Assembly: GCA_965213625.1 (NCBI GenBank)
Contig: CBDBZU010000004.1
Coordinates: 3,712,001-3,776,000 of the forward strand
From: a bacterium
GTDB taxonomy: Bacteria; UBA8248
Direction of reading: 5' to 3'
DNA: 64,000 nt
The notes beneath the pieces are model-generated. The model was not told the DNA's origin. It made no database searches and was given only the letters and a program-made list of their open reading frames with translations. Every line of letters begins with the position of its first letter. Within the stretch, counting starts at the first letter, position 1. A program made the position numbers and the translations under genes. Below, piece by piece: positions 26,874 through 36,838 of this stretch.

Positions 26874-28394
26874 GGGGTCTGTTGAAAAACCCGGTGTTGG
26901 AAGCGGGCGTTTTGGCGGCTCACGCGGCGGCGGGGAGGCAGCCCAATCGGCGCGTGAGGGCGCCATGTGCGCGCAGCCGGCGTCTCCGGGCGGCACAGGC
27001 CGTCCACAAGGCGAATATACGCGCCGCAAAAGCGGCGGCCAGCCGCTTGAGGTTCACCGCTATCGCCGTCAGGTAGGACTGGATCCGCATGTTCGCAAGG
27101 CCCCGGCGCACCGCCCGCCCCAGTCCGTGCCGGCTCTTCGCCTCGCCGTGGTAGCCCTCCGAGCGCCAACGGTGGCGGCCATAGAGACGCTTCTCCTCCT
27201 CCCCCCAGCGCGCATGCCGCCGACGCGCGCGCAACAGCGCCGGATACGCGTGCGGAATCAACACCGTCCTGCTCGTGCGCGACTTCGACAGACAATCGGG
27301 CCTGAGCGCGCAGCCCGCGCAATCCCGCGTCTTCGATACATAGGAGCGCCCCCGCTCCGTCGCCTGCCGGGGGCGCAGCGTCTTGCCTCCCGGACACTTC
27401 ACCACCTCGTTGCGCGCGTCGTAGTGGAACAACTGCAGCGGAACACGGCTCTGGCTGGGTTCCTTCTTCGCTGGTATCAGCGCTTCCACGCCCCGCCGCT
27501 CCAATTCGCCATAAACCTTCGAGTACGCGTACCCCGAATCCGCCGTCACCATCTCCGGCGTGCGGCCCGACAACTCGCTTACCGCCTCTATATGGGACGC
27601 CATCATCTCACGCTCGTTCCGCGTCCCCTCCGTCACCGACACGTCGAGAACAACACCCCGCTCATCGTCCACCGCCGCGTGCTGCTTGTAGCTCGGCTCG
27701 AACCCCGCCCGCGCGCTCTTGCGCGCAAGCCGCGCGTCCGGGTCCGTCCGGCTCACCGGACCCCCGCCACCGCGGCCTCCTCCCTTCTTCCCGACCTCAT
27801 CATCGACGGGATTCTCCTGAATCACCTTCTCCGCGTGGTGCGCCGCCAGGCTCTCCCAGCTCACGTCCGCGCGTATCAACGAGGCGTCCACGTGCACCAC
27901 TTCCCCCTTCGCCACATTCGCCTCCAGGCAAGCCTGCACCGTGCGACGGAATATCTCCTTGAACCGTGCCTCCCCCCAGCGCTGACGTATCCGCGTCAGG
28001 CTCGAATGATGCGGCAACTCCTCGTGCAGCCCGTACCCGATGAACCACCGGATCGCCAGGTGCGCACGCGCCTCGCGAAGCAGGCGACGGTCGTGTACGT
28101 AGCCCAGCAACATACCCGCCAGCATCAAGCGGAGCGCCACCTCCGGGTCGATCCCCGGACGACCGTTATCCGCGCAATAGCAATCCGCCACCTCCTCCCG
28201 TAGCCAGCTCAAATCCAGTACGTGGTCCACGCGCATCAGGACGTGATCCTCGGGGATCAGCCGTTCCAGCGAACCGGCCACGAACAAATCCATCTGCTCG
28301 CGCCTCTTGCTGCCTATCATCGAGGGAACTCCCATCTCGGGCGAGATAGTGTCATTACACCCAATCACAATGCCGGGGCTTTTTCAACAGCCCC
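26874..28394 (-). mobile_element. IS1182-family insertion sequence
   Basis: TIRs GGGGTCTGTTGAAAAAC / GCTTTTTCAACAGCCCC; CTCA duplicated at 26870-26873 and 28395-28398; transposase inside. Confidence 0.9.
26920..28320 (-). CDS. IS1182-family DDE transposase
   Basis: IPEDHVL, GRPGIDP, LPHHSSLTRIRQR, VDAS, ADSGY, CxxCxxxxxC, EGYHGEAK, NLKRL. Confidence 0.92.
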   Translation of the reverse strand: MIGSKRREQMDLFVAGSLERLIPEDHVLMRVDHVLDLSWLREEVADCYCADNGRPGIDPEVALRLMLAGMLLGYVHDRRLLREARAHLAIRWFIGYGLHEELPHHSSLTRIRQRWGEARFKEIFRRTVQACLEANVAKGEVVHVDASLIRADVSWESLAAHHAEKVIQENPVDDEVGKKGGGRGGGGPVSRTDPDARLARKSARAGFEPSYKQHAAVDDERGVVLDVSVTEGTRNEREMMASHIEAVSELSGRTPEMVTADSGYAYSKVYGELERRGVEALIPAKKEPSQSRVPLQLFHYDARNEVVKCPGGKTLRPRQATERGRSYVSKTRDCAGCALRPDCLSKSRTSRTVLIPHAYPALLRARRRHARWGEEEKRLYGRHRWRSEGYHGEAKSRHGLGRAVRRGLANMRIQSYLTAIAVNLKRLAAAFAARIFALWTACAARRRRLRAHGALTRRLGCLPAAA

Positions 28395-28605
28395 CTCAAG
28401 GGGGGAGTGAAATTCAAAAGCTTGCGCGCAACCCTAAACCGCTTCCCGGCACTTTTCCAATAACCTCCGAAGCCGCGGGGCGCGGGATGAATGACGAAGC
28501 AAATCTTCGTTGTCCGAAGCAAGAGATTATGCCATTATCACCGGAGCGCAAAACGTAAATTTCGGTATTCGGTTCACAGAAAACCATTCCCGAAGGGCGC
28601 ACGTT

Positions 28606-30951
28606 TTGGACAACACCTTCATCATCGTGTTCTTCCCGTTCGCAGCCGCCCTCATCATCCCATGGTTCGCAGAGCGTTTCCGCAAAAACGCCGCGTGGTT
28701 CGCCATGGTCGCGCCCCTCGTCAGCACCTGGGCGCTCTATAATCTTTACGGCGAATGGGCCGCCGGCGGCCGGCAGACTTTTACGCGGGCCATCGCCTGG
28801 GTCCCCGCGGCGAACGTGGAAATCTCCTTCATGGTGGACGGCTTGAGCCTCATGTGGGGCCTCCTCGTGGCGGGCATGGGCGCGCTCATCGTCCTCTACT
28901 CCCACTGGTATCTGCACGAACACGAAGCGCTGGGCCGCTACTACGGCTTTCTCATCGCGTTCATGGGCTCGATGCTGGGCGTCGTGTTCTCAGACCACCT
29001 GATATCACTCTTCATCTTCTGGGAACTCACGAGCATCACCTCGTTCTTCTTAATCGGCTTCTGGTCGGACAGGGAGGCGTCCAACTACGGCGCGACCAAG
29101 GCCATCCTCATCACGGGCAGCGGGGGCCTCGCCATGCTCGGGGGATTCCTGCTCTTAGGCGACGTGGCGGGCGAGTGGCGGCTCTCCCAACTCGTACTCA
29201 TGCCCGGAATCGCGAGCCAGATATCGCTCGGCGTCTTCTTGCTCATCATCCTGGGCGCCGTGACGAAGAGCGCGCAGTGGCCCTTCCACATCTGGCTGCC
29301 GAACGCCATGGAAGCGCCCACGCCCATCAGCGCTTTCCTGCACTCGGCCACCATGGTGAAAGCGGGCATCTATCTCCTGTCGCGCTTCTATCCCATCCTG
29401 GGCGCGCATCCCGCCTGGGGCTACGTGGTCACGGGCTTCGGCATGACGACGATGATAGCGGGGGGCCTGCTGTCCCTGCGCGCGTATGATCTAAAAGCCA
29501 TACTGGCCTACGGCACCATCAGCCAGTTGGGCCTCATCGTCACCTTCCTGGGCTTCGGCGGCAAGGGGGCGATCATCGGCGCGACACTCCATCTCTACAA
29601 CCACGCGGCGGCCAAGGCGGCGATGTTCATGACGGTGGGCATCATCGACCACGAGGCGGGCACGCGCGATGTTCGGCTGCTCGGCAACTTGCGAAAACTC
29701 ATGCCGAAAACGCATATACTCGCCGTCATCGCAGCGCTGAGCCTCATCGGCATACCGCCCATGGGCGGGTTCATCACCAAGGAGATGCTCTATGAAGTCA
29801 GCCTCCACCCCGGCGGCCCCGGCAGCTGGGCGTGGTTCTGGCCGTATATCACCGTGTTCGCGGGAGTGTTCACCGCGCTCTATCACTTAAGGTTCTTAAG
29901 CGAACCCTACTGGCAGGCGGCGGAAGGGGAAGCGCCCAAGCATCCACACGATCCGCCACTCGGGATGCTGGCGGCGCCCGCAATACTCGTTCTTCTCGCG
30001 CTCGCATTCGGCTTGGCGCCCGGCCTCATCGAGAACGCCATCGTGGCCCCCGCGGCGCAGGCCACCCTGGGCGGAGGGGCGCAACTGGAACTCCACTTAG
30101 GCCTCTGGCACGGGGTGAACATGCCCCTCATCATGTCGATTATCACCATGGCGCTGGGGCTCGCGCTTTATTTCGGCTTCGCGCACGTCAAGACCGTGCT
30201 GGACACGGTCGCCCGCGCCTGGGGGAATGCCCCCTCTCCCAACAGGATATACGACGGATTCATCGACTGGCTGAGAAACGGCACCTGGGAGATTCTCCTC
30301 CTGATACAGGACGGGAACCTCAGGCGCTACATGCGCTGGATGATGGTGCTCCCCACCGCCGCCGCCCTCTACCTCGTCTGGCGGATGGACTGGGGGACGA
30401 AGGTTTTCCCTGAGAATTTCGCGGGCGCGTCGTTTCTGCTCGTCGTGATCGCGCTCATGATCACGGGCGCAGCCCTCGCCACGGCGCTCTTCAAGCGGAG
30501 AATCGCCGCCATCCTCGCTCTCGGCACGATGGGCTACGGCATCGCGGGGCTTTATTTACTCCTGAAAGCGCCCGACTTGGCCCTCACCCAGATTATGGTC
30601 GAATCGGCCTCGGTCGTGCTGTTCCTGCTCGTGTTCTACTACCTGCCCGAGCTCAAGCCCGTGCCCTCATCGGCCGCGAAGAAGATTCGGGATTGGGGTA
30701 TCGCTATCGGCCTCGGCGTCTGTACGACACTCGTCATGGCCGCCGCCATGAACACGCACAAGTTCAGGACGATTGCGGATTACTTCATGCGCACGAGCAA
30801 GCCCGTGGCCGGGTTCAAGAACGTGGTCAACGCCATCATCGTCGATTACCGAGGGTATGACACGCTGGGCGAGATCACCGTGCTGGTCATCGCAGGGATA
30901 GCCGTCTACGCCCTCTTGCGGCTGGTGGGAGAGATGAAATGCGATCACTGA
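28606..30951 (+). CDS. mrpA: Na+/H+ antiporter subunit A
   Basis: [58 protein letters not shown]; start set to TTG 28606. Confidence 0.92.
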   Translation: MDNTFIIVFFPFAAALIIPWFAERFRKNAAWFAMVAPLVSTWALYNLYGEWAAGGRQTFTRAIAWVPAANVEISFMVDGLSLMWGLLVAGMGALIVLYSHWYLHEHEALGRYYGFLIAFMGSMLGVVFSDHLISLFIFWELTSITSFFLIGFWSDREASNYGATKAILITGSGGLAMLGGFLLLGDVAGEWRLSQLVLMPGIASQISLGVFLLIILGAVTKSAQWPFHIWLPNAMEAPTPISAFLHSATMVKAGIYLLSRFYPILGAHPAWGYVVTGFGMTTMIAGGLLSLRAYDLKAILAYGTISQLGLIVTFLGFGGKGAIIGATLHLYNHAAAKAAMFMTVGIIDHEAGTRDVRLLGNLRKLMPKTHILAVIAALSLIGIPPMGGFITKEMLYEVSLHPGGPGSWAWFWPYITVFAGVFTALYHLRFLSEPYWQAAEGEAPKHPHDPPLGMLAAPAILVLLALAFGLAPGLIENAIVAPAAQATLGGGAQLELHLGLWHGVNMPLIMSIITMALGLALYFGFAHVKTVLDTVARAWGNAPSPNRIYDGFIDWLRNGTWEILLLIQDGNLRRYMRWMMVLPTAAALYLVWRMDWGTKVFPENFAGASFLLVVIALMITGAALATALFKRRIAAILALGTMGYGIAGLYLLLKAPDLALTQIMVESASVVLFLLVFYYLPELKPVPSSAAKKIRDWGIAIGLGVCTTLVMAAAMNTHKFRTIADYFMRTSKPVAGFKNVVNAIIVDYRGYDTLGEITVLVIAGIAVYALLRLVGEMKCDH

Positions 30952-31379
30952 TCCTCCAGACGATAGCGCCCGCCGTGCTGCACCTGACGCTGCTCTTCTC
31001 CATGTTCCTGCTCATCTACGGCCACAACCAGCCGGGCGGCGGCTTCATCGCGGGCCTCATGACCTCGGTGGGCATCGTGCTCCAGTGGGTGGCGGTGGAC
31101 GCCGAAGAAGGCCGCAGGCGGTTCAACTGGCCCTACGAGGGAATCTTCCTCGCGGGGCTGGCGCTCTCTACCCTCACGGGGGTGTGGGGCTACATAAAAG
31201 GGGCGTACCTCAAAAGCTCGATATACCACTTCGCCCTGCCCTTCATCGGCGACGTGGAGCTGTTCACCGCGTTCATCTTCGACGTGGGCGTGTACGGCGT
31301 GGTGGTCGGGGTGGTGATGTGCATCTTCACCAACCTCTGCGAGAAGGAGGCGCAGGAGCCGGAAGCGAATGGGGAATAG
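30939..31379 (+). CDS. mrpB: Na+/H+ antiporter subunit B
   Basis: [19 protein letters not shown]. Confidence 0.92.
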   Translation: MRSLILQTIAPAVLHLTLLFSMFLLIYGHNQPGGGFIAGLMTSVGIVLQWVAVDAEEGRRRFNWPYEGIFLAGLALSTLTGVWGYIKGAYLKSSIYHFALPFIGDVELFTAFIFDVGVYGVVVGVVMCIFTNLCEKEAQEPEANGE

Positions 31380-31455
31380 TTACAAGGGTGGTGCTGCGGC
31401 ATGGTAAGGGCGAAGCCCGCAACCACGCTGATGTGGGGTCAAACCCAAGCGAGGA

Positions 31456-31632
31456 GGGGTTGTTGAAAAACCTCAATGTGATCGCGTTTGACGCGAAAGG
31501 TGTTGCGAATGCAGTTGATTTTGTAGGGGTCGCATATATGCGACCCGACCGGTTCGCAGCATGTGGGCCGCATAAATGCGGCTCATGACCGAGAGGCGCA
31601 AATAGGCAGGGTCGCATATATGCGACCCCTAC
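31456..31632. repeat. IS1182-type end plus GTAG REP doublet inside the mrp operon
   Basis: GGGGTTGTTGAAAAAC (31456); GTAGGGGTCGCATATATGCGACCC (31523-31546) and its inverse (31609-31632). Confidence 0.8.
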
Positions 31633-31658
31633 AGCAGAAGCGGCAAGGAGATATTAAC

Positions 31659-32009
31659 GTGCTCTGGATACTGGCGATGATCATCGGCGCCCTGGTGACG
31701 GTGGCTTCCTACCTCATCATGCAGCGCAGGATCATACAGGTCGTGCTCGGCATGGCGGTGCTCAGCCACGCCGCGAACCTGATGATTGTCGCCTCAGGCT
31801 GGGTGGGGGACGGCAAAGCGCCCATCGTCCCCAAGACGGGCGGTCCGTTGGACCCGTTCGCCTACGTCGACCCCCTGCCCCAGGCCATGGTGCTGACCGC
31901 CATCGTCATCAGTCTGGCCGTGACGGCCTTTCTGCTCGTGCTCGCGTTCTTCACCTACAAAAAATTCGGCACCGACGACATCGACGAGATCAGGAGGCTC
32001 AAGGGATGA
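31659..32009 (+). CDS. mrpC: Na+/H+ antiporter subunit C
   Basis: LSHAANL, DPLPQAMVLTAIVI; AAGGAG RBS before GTG. Confidence 0.92.
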   Translation: MLWILAMIIGALVTVASYLIMQRRIIQVVLGMAVLSHAANLMIVASGWVGDGKAPIVPKTGGPLDPFAYVDPLPQAMVLTAIVISLAVTAFLLVLAFFTYKKFGTDDIDEIRRLKG

Positions 32010-33481
32010 ACGCCGTATTCCCGCTCTTCGTCGTCCTGCCGCTGGCCACGGGCACGTTCCTGTTCCTGGTGAGGAAGAGCCGCCCCATCCAGGAATCGGT
32101 GAGCCTGATAGCCTTGCTGGTGAACCTCATCTTGGCGGGAATACTGCTTAGCGCGACGGCGGACGGGACGATATTCGTCCACCGGATGGGCCTCTGGCCC
32201 TTCCCCTACGCCATCGTCCTGGCGGCGGACAGGCTCACCGCCACGCTCTTGTGTCTCTCCTCCTCCATCGTGGGGGCGTGCGCCGTCTTCGCGGGGAGCT
32301 ATCTCACGGATGCGCAGCGGAAAGAGGCCTTTCACCCCCTGCTGCACTTCCTGCTCATGGGGATGCAGGGGTGTTTCATCACGGGCGACCTGTTCAACCT
32401 CTTCGTCTTCTTTGAAGTCATGCTCATGGCCACCTACGCGCTGCTGGGCTTCTATTACAACCTCGACCAGCTCGAGATGGCCTTCAAGTACACCTGCATG
32501 AACCTCATCGCATCGGCGCTCTTCCTGCTCGGCGTCGCGCTCCTCTACGCGCAGGTGGGCACGGTGAACATGGCCGACTTGGCCGTGAAGATAAAGCTCC
32601 TGGGCCCCACGCCCCTGATCGTGGTGACCGCCCTCATCTTCGTCTTCGTGTTCAGCGTCAAGGCGGCCATCTTCCCGATGCACTTGTGGCTGCCCTCCGC
32701 GCACTCGATATCGCCCACTCCCATCAGCGCGATCCTGGCGGGCGTGCTCGTCAAGGTGGGCATCTACTCCATCATCCGCTGCGCCACGCTCATCTTCCCG
32801 GCCGCTTTCCTGATATTACAGCCTGGGCTCATCCTCCTGTGCCTCCTGACCATCGCCATGGGCGCGCTCGGCACCCTGCCCCAGACGAGTCTGAAGCGCA
32901 TCCTCGCCTACAGCACCATCAACCAACTGGGCTACATCGCCTTTGGTATCGCCCTGCTCTCACAGGCGGGCCTCGCGGCGGCGGTCTTCTACATCGTCGG
33001 CCACGCGTATCTCAAAAGCGCGATGCTGCTCGGCGCGGGCCTGAACCAGAAGCTCACCGGCACGGTGGACCTCGAAGAAATGGGCGGCATGATGGGCAAG
33101 GCGCCCTTCGCGAGCCTGCTGATGCTCGTGGGATTCCTGTCCCTGGCCGGCTTTCCGCCCTTCACGGGCTTTTTCGCCAAACTCTTCGTGCTCCAGGCGG
33201 GCTTCTCACAGGGCGCGATTCTCGCGACGGGGATCGCCCTGGGATTCGGCGTCATATCGCTTTATTATAATTTCACGACGTACCAGCGCTACGCCTGGGG
33301 AACGGGCGGCGGTGAGGTCGGCGCGGCGGGCGCAGGGATATACGGCTCGGTCGCCTTCCTCTCGGCCTTCGCGGTCATCTTCGGACTCGGCGCGTACTGG
33401 CTCTTCGAGTGGGCGCAGCTCGTGGCCGCCCAGATCACGAAGCCCGAACTCTACATCGCCGCCATGCGGGACTTGGGCTAG
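32006..33481 (+). CDS. mrpD: Na+/H+ antiporter subunit D
   Basis: TGDLFNLFVFFEVML, KAAIFPMHLWLP, KRILAYS, GFPPFTGFFAK. Confidence 0.92.
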   Translation: MNAVFPLFVVLPLATGTFLFLVRKSRPIQESVSLIALLVNLILAGILLSATADGTIFVHRMGLWPFPYAIVLAADRLTATLLCLSSSIVGACAVFAGSYLTDAQRKEAFHPLLHFLLMGMQGCFITGDLFNLFVFFEVMLMATYALLGFYYNLDQLEMAFKYTCMNLIASALFLLGVALLYAQVGTVNMADLAVKIKLLGPTPLIVVTALIFVFVFSVKAAIFPMHLWLPSAHSISPTPISAILAGVLVKVGIYSIIRCATLIFPAAFLILQPGLILLCLLTIAMGALGTLPQTSLKRILAYSTINQLGYIAFGIALLSQAGLAAAVFYIVGHAYLKSAMLLGAGLNQKLTGTVDLEEMGGMMGKAPFASLLMLVGFLSLAGFPPFTGFFAKLFVLQAGFSQGAILATGIALGFGVISLYYNFTTYQRYAWGTGGGEVGAAGAGIYGSVAFLSAFAVIFGLGAYWLFEWAQLVAAQITKPELYIAAMRDLG

Positions 33482-33491
33482 GAGACGCACG

Positions 33492-33965
33492 ATGCCGCTC
33501 GCCACGCTCGCATTCACCATCGCCACCATCTGGATATTCCTGCACGGGAGCGCCACGCCCGGACATTTCTTCGTCGGCCTCGTCATGGCGTTCTTCATCA
33601 TCCGCTTCTTAAAGAAATCCTACTACCAGGACAGAACGTTCTTCCGCATCGGCAGCTATTTCAGATACTTGCGAAGCTTCACCTGGGAGCTTCTGATCGC
33701 CAACGTCCAGGTACTGAAGATCGTGCTCTCGCCCCGGCTGTCGATCCGCCCGGGCATCATCCCCTACAAGACGGTCTGCAAGACCCCCCTGGGCGTGACG
33801 ATGCTGGCGAATACCATCACCCTCACGCCCGGCACGCTGAGCATCGACGTGTCGGAGGATGATGAGACGATATTCGTCCACACGCTGGACATCGACCACC
33901 CCGACGAGGTGGCCGAAAGCATCCGCAAGGGGCTGGAAGAACCCATCGTGGGAGCCGTGGAATGA
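33492..33965 (+). CDS. mrpE: Na+/H+ antiporter subunit E
   Basis: LANTITLTPGTLSID, FVHTLD. Confidence 0.9.
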   Translation: MPLATLAFTIATIWIFLHGSATPGHFFVGLVMAFFIIRFLKKSYYQDRTFFRIGSYFRYLRSFTWELLIANVQVLKIVLSPRLSIRPGIIPYKTVCKTPLGVTMLANTITLTPGTLSIDVSEDDETIFVHTLDIDHPDEVAESIRKGLEEPIVGAVE

Positions 33966-34231
33966 TCGAGACGGCCGTTCAGATAAGCCTCGCCATGATG
34001 GGCGCCTCGGTGCTCCTGGCGTTCATCCGGCTCATCAAGGGACCCACGACGTCGGACCGCGTGGTGGCGGCGGACACCCTCGCCACGAACGTGCTGGGCG
34101 TCATCGCGTTGTTCGCCATCCAGACGCACAACAAGCTGTTCATCATCGCCGTGCTCGCCCTGGCCATCCTGAGTTTTGTGGGCACGACGGTTTACGCAAA
34201 ATTCCTCGAGAGGGGGAAGATCATTGAGTGA
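33962..34231 (+). CDS. mrpF: Na+/H+ antiporter subunit F
   Basis: RLIKGPTTSDRVVAAD, LSFVGT. Confidence 0.9.
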   Translation: MIETAVQISLAMMGASVLLAFIRLIKGPTTSDRVVAADTLATNVLGVIALFAIQTHNKLFIIAVLALAILSFVGTTVYAKFLERGKIIE

Positions 34232-34595
34232 AGCACTCGCCGCCGTCCTGTTGCTGGGAGGCTCGTTCTTCATGCTGGTCGCCAGCATCGGCCTCATCCG
34301 CCTGCCCGACGTCTATTGCCGCATGCACGCCGCCACCAAGGCGACCACCTTCGGCATGGGCGGCATCCTCCTGGGCGCGAGCATCATCTTCCAGAGCGCC
34401 GCCGTCACGACGCAGGCGCTCCTGGCCATTTTCTTCCTGTTCCTGACCGCGCCCGTCGCCGCGCACCTGATATCGAGGGCGGCCTACAAGCGCGGGCCCG
34501 ACCTCTGCGCCGAGACCACGCACGATGAATACGGCAAATACCTGGAGGGGCAAAAGACGGAGAAAGAATCCTCACCCGGATATGGAGACGCGTAG
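34224..34595 (+). CDS. mrpG: Na+/H+ antiporter subunit G
   Basis: GLIRLPDVYCRMHAATK, LTAPVAAHLISRAAY; TTG start overlapping mrpF. Confidence 0.9.
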   Translation: MSEALAAVLLLGGSFFMLVASIGLIRLPDVYCRMHAATKATTFGMGGILLGASIIFQSAAVTTQALLAIFFLFLTAPVAAHLISRAAYKRGPDLCAETTHDEYGKYLEGQKTEKESSPGYGDA

Positions 34596-34665
34596 CAGAA
34601 CATCGCATACTAGAGAGAATCGCCGCCGTTTTTCATCCAACGCATTCATATGGAGAACGAGACTC

Positions 34666-35265
34666 ATGAAACGATTTGTGAAACTTGCAGCGATGATAAT
34701 CGCGGCGGCATGGCTGGTAGCTCCCGCCCTCTCGCACGCCGCTGAGTGGAGAATCGACCCCACCCACACGACGGTCTCCTTCAAGGTACGCCACCTGGGC
34801 GTCACCTGGGTGCAGGGGGAATTCCAGCGGGTATCGGGCACGGTACGCTACGACCGGAAGAACCCCGGGGCCGCGGCGGCGGACATCGTCATCGACGCCG
34901 ACTCGATCAACACGCGCAACGCGCGGCGCGACAACCATCTGCGGACCGACGACTTCCTGCTCGTCGAGAAGCATCCCAACATCACGTTCAAGTCCAAATC
35001 CGCGAAGAATGCGGGCGCTGACAGCTTGGAGATGGTCGGCGACCTGACCATACGCGGCGTCACGAAAGAAGTGGTCCTGAAGGTGGCCGACATCAGCGGG
35101 GAGGTCAAGACTGGTCGCGGGACCGTCAAAATGGGCGCGAGCGCCACCACCCGCATCAACCGCAAGGATTTCGGGGTGAAGTTCAACCGCCTGCTCGAAG
35201 CGGGTGGGCTCGTCGTTGGGAACGAGGTGCGCATCACCATCGACGTGGAGTTGAACAAGCAATAG
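34666..35265 (+). CDS. yceI: YceI family lipid/polyisoprenoid-binding protein
   Basis: Signal peptide, WRIDPTHT, SINTRNARRDNHL, GDLTIRGVTK, INRKDFG. Confidence 0.9.
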   Translation: MKRFVKLAAMIIAAAWLVAPALSHAAEWRIDPTHTTVSFKVRHLGVTWVQGEFQRVSGTVRYDRKNPGAAAADIVIDADSINTRNARRDNHLRTDDFLLVEKHPNITFKSKSAKNAGADSLEMVGDLTIRGVTKEVVLKVADISGEVKTGRGTVKMGASATTRINRKDFGVKFNRLLEAGGLVVGNEVRITIDVELNKQ

Positions 35266-35361
35266 CGCGAGGGCGCTCTTCGAACTCTCGCGAGCCGCCT
35301 GACGGCGCGCGTCACGCTTGCGTCTACAGCATAGTTTTCGCCGCTTTTTTCGCATGATTTG

Positions 35362-35370
35362 TGGTATAAT
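35362..35370 (+). promoter_or_regulatory. Extended -10 promoter element upstream of the ABC operon
   Basis: TGGTATAAT (TGn-TATAAT) in an AT-rich intergenic stretch. Confidence 0.45.
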
Positions 35371-35459
35371 AATATGTTCCAGTATAGCTCTGATCCATCG
35401 GGTATCATTGACGCCTCAACACACAACTCCCCTTAGGGAAAACGCGGAGGAATAAACCA

Positions 35460-36809
35460 ATGACCATCAGGAAAACCACTTTCTGGACCATCGTCTTCGG
35501 CTTCGCGCTCGCCGTCCTGGCGGCGCCCCTCGGCGCAATCGCGCTCGAGAAGAAGCTCATCATCGTCACGTCCTACCCGCCGGACACGACGACCACCGTC
35601 AAGAAGGCTTTCGAGAAGAAACACCCCGGCGTCAAGGTCGAGATGCTCAAGAAAAAGACGACCGCCGGCATCAAGTATCTCCAGGAGACCGCCTCCAACA
35701 ACCGCTCCGACATGTTCTGGGCCTCAGCACCCGACGCCTTCGAAGTGCTCAAGGGCGACAACCTCCTGCAGAAATACAAGGTGAAGATAAAAGGCATTCC
35801 AAAAAATGTCGGCGCCTTCCCGATCAACGACCCCGAGGGCTATTACAAGGGCTTCGCGGCGTCTGGCTACGGCATCATGTGGAACACCCGCTACCTCAAG
35901 GCCAAGAAGCTGCCCGCGCCCAAAACCTGGGCCGACTTGGCCATGCCCGTCTACCACGGCCACGTCGGCATGAGTGCGCCCTCGCGCTCCGGCACCACCC
36001 ATCTCACAGTGGAGACGCTCCTGCAGGGCAAGGGCTGGGAAAAGGGCTGGGCCGAGTGGAAGGCCATCGCCGGCAACTTCAAGACCGTCACCGAGCGCAG
36101 CTTCGGCGTGCCCGACGGCGTGAACTCGGGCCAGTTCGGCCTCGGCATCGTCATCGACTTCTTCGGGCTGTCGTCCGAGGCTTCGGGCTTCCCCGTCAAA
36201 TTCATCTACCCGCCGGTGACGACGCTGGTGCCCGCGAACATCGCCATCGTCAAGAACGCGCCGCATCCCAAGGCCGCGGCTGCGTTCATCGAGTTCCTGC
36301 TCTCGCCCGCGGGCCAGGAAGTGCTGCTCGACAAGAAAATCCGCCGTCTGCCAGTCAACCCGGCGACCTACGCCAAAGCGCCCAAAGACTTCCCGAATCC
36401 GTTCAAGGACAAGTCCATCGGCTCAGCGGTCAAGTTCGACCTCCAGCTCTCGAAAAACCGCTACAACGTCATCAATTCGCTGTTCGACGTGATGGTCACC
36501 TACCGTCTGAACGACCTGCGCGCGGCGACCAAGGCCATCCAGGCCGCCGAGGCGCAAATGAGCGGCAAGAAGAACATGGCGGCGAAGAAGCTGATCGACG
36601 AGGCCAAGGCGCTGGTGGCCAAGGTGCCGATCACCGCGGCCCAGGCGAGCAAGAAGGAATTCAACGCGATCTTCAAGAAAAAGCGCAAGAAGGCGACAAC
36701 GAAGGTGACGGGCCGCCAGGCCGAGGTCGAACGTGAATGGGACGCGCAGGTCAAGGCGAATTACGCCAAGGCCAGGGCGCTGGCAGAGAAGGCGGCGTCC
36801 ATGCTCTAG
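35460..36809 (+). CDS. ABC transporter substrate-binding protein (Fe3+/PgtC-like)
   Basis: Signal peptide, SGYGIMWN, PSRSGTTH, AAAAFIEFLLSPAGQ. Confidence 0.85.
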   Translation: MTIRKTTFWTIVFGFALAVLAAPLGAIALEKKLIIVTSYPPDTTTTVKKAFEKKHPGVKVEMLKKKTTAGIKYLQETASNNRSDMFWASAPDAFEVLKGDNLLQKYKVKIKGIPKNVGAFPINDPEGYYKGFAASGYGIMWNTRYLKAKKLPAPKTWADLAMPVYHGHVGMSAPSRSGTTHLTVETLLQGKGWEKGWAEWKAIAGNFKTVTERSFGVPDGVNSGQFGLGIVIDFFGLSSEASGFPVKFIYPPVTTLVPANIAIVKNAPHPKAAAAFIEFLLSPAGQEVLLDKKIRRLPVNPATYAKAPKDFPNPFKDKSIGSAVKFDLQLSKNRYNVINSLFDVMVTYRLNDLRAATKAIQAAEAQMSGKKNMAAKKLIDEAKALVAKVPITAAQASKKEFNAIFKKKRKKATTKVTGRQAEVEREWDAQVKANYAKARALAEKAASML

Positions 36810-36838
36810 CCTGAAGCCTGCGCGGAGAAGGGGAAAGA

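Noticed and set aside
26776-28203. 475-aa plus-strand ORF across the IS
   Set aside because: Antisense shadow of the transposase; Arg/Pro-rich with no recognisable domain
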